Assembly (NCBI GenBank): GCA_038320545.1
Contig: JBBQEI010000001.1
Coordinates: 4,213-68,212, forward strand
Source: Bacteroidales bacterium
Lineage (GTDB): Bacteria; Bacteroidota; Bacteroidia; Bacteroidales; JAAUTT01
Length of the DNA stretch: 64,000 nt
Reading direction: 5' to 3'
The stretch's first letter is position 1. The number at the start of each line of letters is the position of its first letter. Below the pieces are notes generated by a model. It was given only the letters and a program-made list of their open reading frames with translations, did not search any database and had not been told where the DNA came from. This document shows, piece after piece, positions 1 to 7,249 of this stretch. The position numbers and the translations under genes are program-made.

Positions 1-1389
1 CTTATGCCATGCATAAAGTTCCCTTGTGAGATTGTAATTATTGAAATTTGTATTTAGGCTGAAGCCTAGCGATTCAGTTGCCTCATAATTTACTTCAGCC
101 GACATCTTAAATAAATCGCCTTCGTCGTAAACTACATCAAACTGATTCCATAATTCGGACGAATCGTTCACATAAAAGTAATAGTTGCGGGCGGAGTATA
201 GTCCTGCTTTTAAAACGTAGCTGGACTTTGTTCCCAAATTGCCTTTAACACCTCCGAAAAGGTTTAGCTTGCTGATGTTATTCCGTACAATTAAATCGTG
301 ACGGATATATGGGTTTTCCCATGCAATTTCATGATACGGATGATTGTCGACTTCGCCGGATAACCCTAAAAAAGGAACAATAATTTCCTTCACCACATTA
401 AACTGAAAATCTATTTTAGGGAAAACTTTCACATAATTACCATTATCCTCCTGATAATAAGTTAAGTTTAAACCTGCATTCAGCTTATAATCCTCGGAAG
501 ACAAAAGGAAATAAGGATTTAATGACAACAGCATATTTGAATAGGGATCGAGATCTTTGCTGCGGTTGAAAATGTCAAGAATAGTATTCAAGCCGATAAA
601 GTTGTTGTTGAATTGGCGGCTAAATGATCCGTTAACTGAAATCTGATGTTCGTGATATTTATATTTATCCTGGGTATAATGATAATCCAGCAAAGCTTTA
701 TACAATAGTGTTGACGAATCAGTATGTGTAGATTGAATTCCTCCTTTTGGATTAAAATGAAGATAATTTTCGCGGATTGTTCCTTTTTCGAGCGTCACAT
801 CCAAATCAGGTTTATAGCCAAAGTGATGTACTGTTTTGCTGTCGAAATTTAATTCTCCGATTAATTCAGCTTTTTTCAGGAAGCGAGTGCCATAAATGGA
901 TGCATTGTTATCAGAAAAACCGGCGAATACTTTTTTGTCGTTATCGAGTTTAACTTTTCCCGACGAAGAATAATGGTTAAAGTATATTCCTCCTGTTCCT
1001 TTTTTGGAGCGAAGTGTATTCACAAAAAGCTCACCGTAAGCTGTAGAATAATTTCCCAATCCTAATTTAAAATAGGTCTTGTATAATTTCGAAAGGGGCA
1101 TTCCAACCATTTTTGCAGCTCCAATAGGGGCAACATCGAATCCTGTTTCAACTTTGGTTGAATTTATGTTGTATTCGAAGTCAGGTTTTATAATGATGGA
1201 ATCAGCTATTTTTGGCAATACATTAATTTTGTGTGCATCGGAAATAATGGGTTGATATGGCTTTACCACTTCCACTTCCTTTTTGATAGGTGTTTGTGCC
1301 ATCGTACCTAACGAAAGCGCCAAAAGTGCTAAAGGGAAAACCAAAAACCTGTATAGTTTGAAAATACGTTTGCGATTATCGTAATTCAT
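1..1389 (-). CDS. putative outer-membrane beta-barrel protein, partial (463 N-terminal codons; C-terminus lies beyond the left edge)
   Basis: Absent from the ORF track because it runs off the window. The reverse strand has ATG at 1389..1387, then MNYDNRKRIFKLYRFLVFPLALLALSLGTMAQ, which looks like a signal peptide. The frame stays open to position 1 in my hand translation. G/Y/N/F-rich alternating composition is typical of barrels. No competing ORF is listed in 1-1436. Confidence 0.6.
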   Translation of the reverse strand, partial: MNYDNRKRIFKLYRFLVFPLALLALSLGTMAQTPIKKEVEVVKPYQPIISDAHKINVLPKIADSIIIKPDFEYNINSTKVETGFDVAPIGAAKMVGMPLSKLYKTYFKLGLGNYSTAYGELFVNTLRSKKGTGGIYFNHYSSSGKVKLDNDKKVFAGFSDNNASIYGTRFLKKAELIGELNFDSKTVHHFGYKPDLDVTLEKGTIRENYLHFNPKGGIQSTHTDSSTLLYKALLDYHYTQDKYKYHEHQISVNGSFSRQFNNNFIGLNTILDIFNRSKDLDPYSNMLLSLNPYFLLSSEDYKLNAGLNLTYYQEDNGNYVKVFPKIDFQFNVVKEIIVPFLGLSGEVDNHPYHEIAWENPYIRHDLIVRNNISKLNLFGGVKGNLGTKSSYVLKAGLYSARNYYFYVNDSSELWNQFDVVYDEGDLFKMSAEVNYEATESLGFSLNTNFNNYNLTRELYAWHK

Positions 1390-1436
1390 ATTGATTCGTC
1401 GTTTAAGTTCAAAAAATTCATTTAAGATAAACTCCT

Positions 1437-4400
1437 TTATTTAATTTTCTTTTTGTCCATATCTATTTCGAGATCGGATTGTCCAATATTTTCGATATTG
1501 GGATTGGTTGCAAGAATCTTGCCCTGTTTTTCTTTAGCCATTGCCAGGATGCCATCATCGGTAATTTCATAATAATCCACAATACTCTTTAAAGTCTGGA
1601 ATGCCTGGAAATCGTCTTTCTTGTCAACATAAATATCGCTTAACAGGATAAAGCTTTTTCCAAGCCAATATTGATGAGGTGTTCCTTTGTTAATGAAATC
1701 GAGGATTTCTTTTTCGGAAATGTCCTTTTTGCCTTGTTGATATTGAATTTCAGCGACCATGTATTTTGCTTCTGCGCCCTCAGCACTTTTTACATCTTTC
1801 GACAAAGCTTTAAATTCATCCAGAGCAGCAATTTTATTTCCTGTCTCATAGTGCGATTTACCCAGCATGTACCTTATTTCGCGTTGAAGTTCGGCTGGTA
1901 CTTTTTCAGTTTTCAATAAATCGGCTGCTGCATAAATGGTTGCCACATAATCGTTCAGTTTAAAGTTGCAGCGCATGGCACCAATTTTAGCATCGGTGAT
2001 GTTTGTATTGATTTCACCTTCCTGGATAAGCCGCTTATACATGTCGAGTGCCGACTGATAATTTCCTGCCTGATAATATAGTTGTGATGCGTTTACCAAA
2101 GCCTGTTCGGTAAACATATTGCGAGGCTGTTCCAATACAAATTGAAAGCCTTTTAAAGCTGCATCGGTTTTATTTTGCCTTAAATTACAATCGGCAAGAT
2201 AATATTGAGCATTGGTTGAAAAACTCCCTTGCGGAAAACGTTCCAGGTAAGTATTAAAGTTCTGGCTTGCTTTTTCACAATTACCTGTCATGTAAAGGTT
2301 TTCGGCAGAACGGTAAAACATCGAATCCTGTTCAGTTTGCCTTACATTGGCAAATGTCCCTAATGTTTCGACATACGAAAAATAGCCCTGAGCATCGTTC
2401 ATACTTGTATATACGTTTTTCAAACCTGCAAGAGCATCCCGCGCATCATTGGATCCGGGATATTCATTGATTACCTGTTTGTAATATGCAATAGCATCGG
2501 CATCTTTATCTTTGTTATAGCTAATTAACCCAAGTTGTAAAAGAGCTTTTGGTACATAACTGCTTTTGGAATGATCTTTTAATAATCGGGTGTAAGTTGA
2601 AATAGCGTTATCGATTTTTTCCATGGTGACATAACTTCTTCCTGTTTCATATAAGGCATCGTCGGTATAAGGCGAGGTTGGATATGTTTTTAGCAATTGA
2701 CCCAATGTTTCGATTTTCTTTTCATGCCTGCTTACCAAACCCATGGTAAAACCTTTTTGGAACATGGCATAATCAACATCAGATTTTCCTATGTTGATTG
2801 CTTTTTCGTAATTATCAGCAGCAGTCCAATAGGTTGTATTCATGAAGTAACAATCGCCTATGCGGTTGTAAGAATCGCCAATTGTATTTATTCGGGCATC
2901 TTTCAATAATGCAGTGTATCGTTTGAACCAGGTAATTGCTTCATTATATTGTTTTTGATTAAAATGACAATAAGCAATGTTATAATTAGCAGTTTCGAAT
3001 TCCTCTAAACTTGGTGCTCCCGAAGAATTGAAAAATGTATTGTAGTTTTCAATGGCAACAGTATAGTCGCCTAAACGATAATTGGCCTCACCTTTCCAGT
3101 AATACGCACGAGCGGTGAGAATTCTGTCGTACTGAGCATTAGCCAGCGATTTATCAAAAAGATCAATAGCTTCCTGGAACCTTAAACTGTTATAAACTTC
3201 CAGACCTCTAAAAAAAGCAATGCGCTGATAAGCTCTTTTGATAGTGTTATCCTTATTTTTTATTTTTTCGATAGATTCCAGAGCTGCTTTATAATTTTTA
3301 GTGCTCGAATAGGCTAAAGCGAGATAATTATAGGCTTCATCCGATCGTTTCGAATTTGGGAATTCCTTGATATAATCTTCGAAAGCACGCACGGCCTCAT
3401 TAAATGGCGAATACGACAATTCGTAAGTGACAATAGCATAATTAAACAATGCACTTTCTTTAATTTCAGGGTTATAATCCATTTTGGAAGCTGAAGAAAA
3501 TGCAAGCCGGGCTTTATTTTTGTCTTTTAACTTTATATAACTGTCGGCAAGGTGATAAAGCGCGTTCTGAGCAACAGAATTGTCGGCATTTGAAATACGT
3601 TCGAAATATTTTATGGCATTTGGATAATCACCTGTTCTATAATAGGAATATGCAAGTTCATATTTATCATCCTGGGTAGGAGCGGAAGCTTTTTCCATAT
3701 ATTTTTCCAAATAAGGGATAGCTTCACCAAATTTATCGAGTTTGTAATACGATTCTCCAATGATGCGCGACATTTCAGCTATTCTTTTTTCCGATACTGA
3801 ATCGAGCAGCGACGGGGCATATTCTATTACTTTGTCGTATTTTTTTTGTAGAAAATAAATCTGGGATATGTAATAAGGAACAATGGGTGCGAAGGTTTCA
3901 TCGTCTTTTAAACGGAGAAATCCTGCCAGAGACGATTCGTAATTTTTCTGAATATATAAAATGTGGGAGTAATAGTATAATGCAGGTGTGGTATACTTGG
4001 TATCAATATCTTTAATTTCGGAGAATGCAACCCTGGCTTTTTCAAAATCACTTTGCTGGAAATAACTGTAGCCAGACTGGAAATAATACTCGTAGCGTTG
4101 GGTTTCGGTGAGTGAGTATGGCTTAACCTGTTCAAACCAGTCGATAGCTTTGGAGTATTTCTTATTGTTGTACTGAAAACGTCCCATGTTAAAATGGGCT
4201 TCATTCTGTTTGGCATTTTCAGGATTTTCGTTTATGAAAACTGCCAGCAAATATTCGGCATCGGCATTGAAAAGCTCAAGAGCGCACAAGGCAGCGTAAT
4301 ATTGTGAATTGGCCCTGACCTCTGTTTGGTCGAAAGCTTTATTAGCGCTAACTTGTTCAAAACAATGTCTTGCTGCACTATATTTTTGCTTCTCGAATAG

Positions 4401-4511
4401 TTCAATCCCTGTTTTATAAGTAGTTGCAGGGTCGAGTAAATGCAGTGTTTTTTGTGAATAAGCCGATATGCACGCGAATAGCATGCTGAGTGTGACTATT
4501 TTTCGAATCAT
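1437..4511 (-). CDS. large tetratricopeptide-repeat (TPR) protein with signal peptide
   Basis: 1024-aa ORF. N-terminus MIRKIVTLSMLFACISAYSQ is signal-like. The body consists of repeated ~34-aa units with the A/Y/F/L pattern of TPRs (e.g. YYxAxxYxxxxxYxxAxxxF). Confidence 0.8.
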   Translation of the reverse strand: MIRKIVTLSMLFACISAYSQKTLHLLDPATTYKTGIELFEKQKYSAARHCFEQVSANKAFDQTEVRANSQYYAALCALELFNADAEYLLAVFINENPENAKQNEAHFNMGRFQYNNKKYSKAIDWFEQVKPYSLTETQRYEYYFQSGYSYFQQSDFEKARVAFSEIKDIDTKYTTPALYYYSHILYIQKNYESSLAGFLRLKDDETFAPIVPYYISQIYFLQKKYDKVIEYAPSLLDSVSEKRIAEMSRIIGESYYKLDKFGEAIPYLEKYMEKASAPTQDDKYELAYSYYRTGDYPNAIKYFERISNADNSVAQNALYHLADSYIKLKDKNKARLAFSSASKMDYNPEIKESALFNYAIVTYELSYSPFNEAVRAFEDYIKEFPNSKRSDEAYNYLALAYSSTKNYKAALESIEKIKNKDNTIKRAYQRIAFFRGLEVYNSLRFQEAIDLFDKSLANAQYDRILTARAYYWKGEANYRLGDYTVAIENYNTFFNSSGAPSLEEFETANYNIAYCHFNQKQYNEAITWFKRYTALLKDARINTIGDSYNRIGDCYFMNTTYWTAADNYEKAINIGKSDVDYAMFQKGFTMGLVSRHEKKIETLGQLLKTYPTSPYTDDALYETGRSYVTMEKIDNAISTYTRLLKDHSKSSYVPKALLQLGLISYNKDKDADAIAYYKQVINEYPGSNDARDALAGLKNVYTSMNDAQGYFSYVETLGTFANVRQTEQDSMFYRSAENLYMTGNCEKASQNFNTYLERFPQGSFSTNAQYYLADCNLRQNKTDAALKGFQFVLEQPRNMFTEQALVNASQLYYQAGNYQSALDMYKRLIQEGEINTNITDAKIGAMRCNFKLNDYVATIYAAADLLKTEKVPAELQREIRYMLGKSHYETGNKIAALDEFKALSKDVKSAEGAEAKYMVAEIQYQQGKKDISEKEILDFINKGTPHQYWLGKSFILLSDIYVDKKDDFQAFQTLKSIVDYYEITDDGILAMAKEKQGKILATNPNIENIGQSDLEIDMDKKKIK

Positions 4512-4722
4512 AGGATACTATCTTATCAATTCAAATTAATTAATATTGTTCTTAATAAATCTCATTTCATTTTGGATGTAATCCTTTAATTTCATTTCAA
4601 AACAACGTAAAGTTAGGATTAATTCCCCTGAGCTCATTTGAAAAGTTATCAATTCTATTAACAACAAAACTGTTAATAATGCGATTTATTGTAAATTTAG
4701 CGGCAAAAGTAGCGATAGCAAG

Positions 4723-5436
4723 ATGGAAAAAGAACCTATCATAACATTCACCGGAGCCGATATTTTACAGGGCGATCATTTGGTTTTAAGGAATATAGAC
4801 CTTACTATTTCGAAGGGTGAATTCGTTTATTTAATTGGAAAAGTAGGCAGTGGTAAAAGTAGTCTGATAAAGACAATACATGCTGAGTTACCATTGATTA
4901 ACGGTGAAGGAATGGTTGCAGGATTCGATCTGCGGAAGCTGAAAAACAAACAGATTCCTTTTCTGCGTCGAAAGCTGGGTATAGTATTTCAGGATTTTCA
5001 GTTACTTACTGATCGTTCTGTTTTCGAAAATCTTGAATTCGTTCTAAGGGCTACAGGTTGGAAAAATCAACCCGATATTAAAAAGAGGGTAGAGGATGTG
5101 CTCGAAAAAGTGGGTGTAGCTAATAAAGGGTATAAAATGCCCCATCAGCTATCGGGTGGCGAACAGCAGCGTGTTAGTATAGCAAGGGCTTTGTTAAACG
5201 AACCCGAGATTATCCTGGCTGATGAACCAACGGGAAATCTCGATCCTGAAGCTTCAGAAGAAATACTTAAACTTCTGATGGAAATAAGTTACAATGAACG
5301 TACAGTTATAATGGCTACTCATAATTATACTTTGCTTAAGCGTTTTGTTGCACGTACTATCAAATGCGACAAAAGCCAGATTGAAGAAGTGAACCAGTCA
5401 CAGGAAATTGACTTTAGCGGGTTAATGGAAGGATAA
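4723..5436 (+). CDS. ftsE: FtsE-like ABC transporter ATP-binding protein
   Basis: Walker [12 protein letters not shown] signature LSGGEQQR, Walker [12 protein letters not shown]. The 237-aa stand-alone ATPase has an FtsE-like N-terminus. Confidence 0.75.
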   Translation: MEKEPIITFTGADILQGDHLVLRNIDLTISKGEFVYLIGKVGSGKSSLIKTIHAELPLINGEGMVAGFDLRKLKNKQIPFLRRKLGIVFQDFQLLTDRSVFENLEFVLRATGWKNQPDIKKRVEDVLEKVGVANKGYKMPHQLSGGEQQRVSIARALLNEPEIILADEPTGNLDPEASEEILKLLMEISYNERTVIMATHNYTLLKRFVARTIKCDKSQIEEVNQSQEIDFSGLMEG

Positions 5437-5506
5437 TCACCAGACCACAGACCACAGACCACGGACGAAAGACGACAGTCCACGGACGAAAGACCACGGA
5501 CGACAG
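5437..5506. repeat. tandem heptanucleotide array, 10 units, consensus ACSACRG
   Basis: Starts at the first base after the ftsE stop codon: tcaccag accacag accacag accacgg acgaaag acgacag tccacgg acgaaag accacgg acgacag. Confidence 0.9.
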
Positions 5507-5544
5507 AATGCTTCATTTTATTAAAGAACCTACCAGGATAAGAA

Positions 5545-5931
5545 ATGGCTGATACTGATAACCTGAAGTATTTGGAACAAACGTTAATAAAGGATTCTCC
5601 TAGGAAATTAATTATCATCCATACCATCGGAAGTCATTGGTGTAATAATGATCATTTTTCGGATGAATTTACTGTATTCAAACCAGTTTTGAAATCAAAA
5701 ATTATTTCAAGACGATTTCGTGTTTTAATTAAAGTATTGCAACTAAATGATAAAATAATTGATTTGGCCTTAAATGATAATAACTTTAAGGATTTTGAAG
5801 ATGGATTACAATATTATATGGCGATTGAAAATGAACAAAATTTTATAATTACAAGGGATTTACCGGATTTTAAGGAATCAAAAATACCAGTAATGACGGC
5901 GGATGAATATTTGGTATCAATAGAACTATAG
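5545..5931 (+). pseudogene. chimeric ORF joining a sulfatase/phosphoethanolamine-transferase fragment to a PIN-domain C-terminal fragment
   Basis: Residues ~20-50 (LIIIHTIGSHWCNNDHFSDEFTVFKPV) resemble the EptA-type block LIxLHxxGxHGPxYxxRYxxxFxxFxPV. Residues ~65-125 (DLALNDNNFKDFEDGLQYYMAIENEQNFIITRDLPDFKESKIPVMTADEYL) resemble the C-terminal third of PIN/VapC-like proteins. Neither domain is complete. Confidence 0.55.
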
Positions 5932-6085
5932 AAATAAAAAAGGCCAGCGGCTAACATTATATAATTTTTATTGGGGCGGAATAGCAGATTTTAAAGTGCT
6001 TGCTTCAAATCAAGTTCTTAACGTCTCGACAGAAAAGTGTTTCAATTCCGATAGCTATCGGACCCCAACAAAACTTATATGTTAC

Positions 6086-6310
6086 GTGTCCGCCCGGCAT
6101 GGGCATTAACTAGAGGGTAAAAGTCACTTGCAGGCCAGCAATATGAAACCGTTAACAAGAGGCAAAGTAAACATTCGTGAGGATGGGACTATCCCGTAGC
6201 GTCTACCGAAGGACTGAACGTTAAAAGCTTGGAATTGTGATGTAATTCACCCGGTATGATCAAGGTAGTATCCGAGTACCAGTGGCATTCATTCAAGGAA
6301 GGGCTACTTC
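6086..6310 (+). mobile_element. group IIC intron fragment (5' end and most of domain I only; 3'-truncated, no D5/D6, no IEP)
   Basis: GUGUCCGCCCGGCAUGGGCAUUAACUAGAGGGUAAAAGUCAC, and further blocks (AGAGGCAAAGUAAACAUUC, UCCCGUAGCGUC, GGUAUGAUCAAGGUAGUAUCCGAGUAC), occur in the same order as in the 5' part of the O. iheyensis IIC intron as I recall it. The stretch is GC-richer than its surroundings and has no ORF >=60 aa in any frame. Confidence 0.6.
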
Positions 6311-6314
6311 CACC

Positions 6315-6716
6315 TCAATCTACCTGGCTCATCAGTAGCTTTCCGTGTTTTATTCCTTTCAGGGCAATTAACATTTCCGAAAGTTGAGTAAGCGCGTTGG
6401 CTTCCCCTTTTATTGCAATTATTTCGAGGCAAATCTCGTGGCTCAGATGATAGTGCTGCGATGAAAGGATGCAATGGTGAAAATTATGCTGTACTTCCAT
6501 TAGTTTCGAAATGAGATCGTGTTTGTGATGATCGTAAAGTATAATTATGGCACCTGCTACAATTCGGTTACACTGCCATTTGCTTTCTACCAGGTTCTTT
6601 TCAATGAGGTGACGGATAGCTTGTGAGCGATTGGGGAAATGATTGCCTTGAACGTAATTATCAAGTGCTTCAAGTAAATCTTCTTCGAGTGAAACTCCAA
6701 ATCGTGTAACTGGCAT
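6315..6716 (-). CDS. nikR: nickel-responsive transcriptional regulator NikR (CopG/RHH family)
   Basis: N-terminal ribbon-helix-helix RFGVSLEEDLLEALDNYVQGNHFPNRSQAIRHLI. C-terminal metal-binding region YDHHKHD...QHNFHHCILSSQHYHL...CLEIIAIKG matches the NikR His/Cys pattern. 133 aa is full length. Confidence 0.8.
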   Translation of the reverse strand: MPVTRFGVSLEEDLLEALDNYVQGNHFPNRSQAIRHLIEKNLVESKWQCNRIVAGAIIILYDHHKHDLISKLMEVQHNFHHCILSSQHYHLSHEICLEIIAIKGEANALTQLSEMLIALKGIKHGKLLMSQVD

Positions 6717-6797
6717 ATTTTAGGTATTTAAACTGAAAGGGATTAGGCTAATTTATGAAATTATCTTATTCAATTAAGCGTTTAAAGAACAATTTTG

Positions 6798-6825
6798 TCC
6801 ACAGACTTCAGAACATAGACGACAG
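6798..6825. repeat. short heptanucleotide array (4 units ending in AG)
   Basis: tccacag acttcag aacatag acgacag, the same 7-nt phase and CAG/TAG ending as the array at 5437-5506. Confidence 0.6.
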
Positions 6826-6876
6826 TATTAACAGCAAGCACTGATAGTAGACTATTCGGGTTGAATTTTTGCATTT

Positions 6877-7201
6877 AATGCGAATTAAGGGTTATACACT
6901 TTATTTTGGCAATGACCCTGTTTTCAGGCTGAAAGCCTGAGACAACAAAGGACAGAGCAACGCCCTGTCGTAAAGAGACACCATTTGTTTTTGCAGGCTG
7001 TATGCCTGCGATACGGGTTTATACCGCCTTTTCAATACCGCCTTTTGTCCCAGCCTTTCAGGCTGAACGGAAGTGGGGAGCCTTTAGAGGTCTTGGGTTT
7101 CACCCAAGGTTGCGATGTCTCAGGCTTTCAGCCTGAAGAACATGAATTGGGTCATTGGATCCAAACTGAATATTTTAATCTTTTAACCCTTAATTCGCAT
7201 T
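6877..7201. mobile_element. MITE-like non-autonomous element or long structured palindromic repeat (325 bp) with 18-bp perfect terminal inverted repeats
   Basis: Left end aatgcgaattaagggtta (6877-6894) is the exact reverse complement of the right end taacccttaattcgcatt (7184-7201). Sub-terminal inverted matches: caatgaccc/gggtcattg and ttcaggctgaaagcctgaga/tctcaggctttcagcctgaa. Several internal hairpins. The listed ORF 6985..7206 lies wholly inside it and is probably spurious. Confidence 0.7.
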
Positions 7202-7249
7202 TTTAGTGAAATTGGCTGAAGTCATTGGTGTGTCGACTTCTTAGTCCAA

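Noticed and set aside
1671-4216. Several 60-100-aa ORFs on both strands inside the TPR gene, and similar nested or antisense ORFs inside most large genes (for example 8531..8790, 9711..9977, 21461..22062, 37707..38144, 39277..39712, 52345..53080, 54400..55347)
   Set aside because: All are embedded in or antisense to long ORFs with clear family signatures. None shows a recognisable motif of its own.
5325-5627. 100-aa minus-strand ORF spanning the ftsE 3' end and the heptad array
   Set aside because: It is antisense to ftsE, and its Ser/Val/Cys-rich middle is just the translation of the 7-nt repeat.
6279-6286. Possible cobalamin riboswitch B12 box (gccactgg on the minus strand) next to nikR
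   Set aside because: The surrounding sequence lacks the other conserved cobalamin-riboswitch blocks in the right order on either strand. No gene lies downstream for it to control. The region is better explained as group IIC intron domain I.
5940-6310. tmRNA, RNase P RNA or SRP RNA in the GC-richer non-coding stretch
   Set aside because: I found no tRNA-like 5'/3' ends (GGGGCUGAUUCGG... / ...UCCACCA), no GGAAAGUCCGGGC-type RNase P core and no SRP domain IV motif.
6985-7206. 73-aa ORF in the track
   Set aside because: It lies entirely inside the MITE-like palindromic element and its sequence merely reflects the hairpin repeats. It has no family resemblance.
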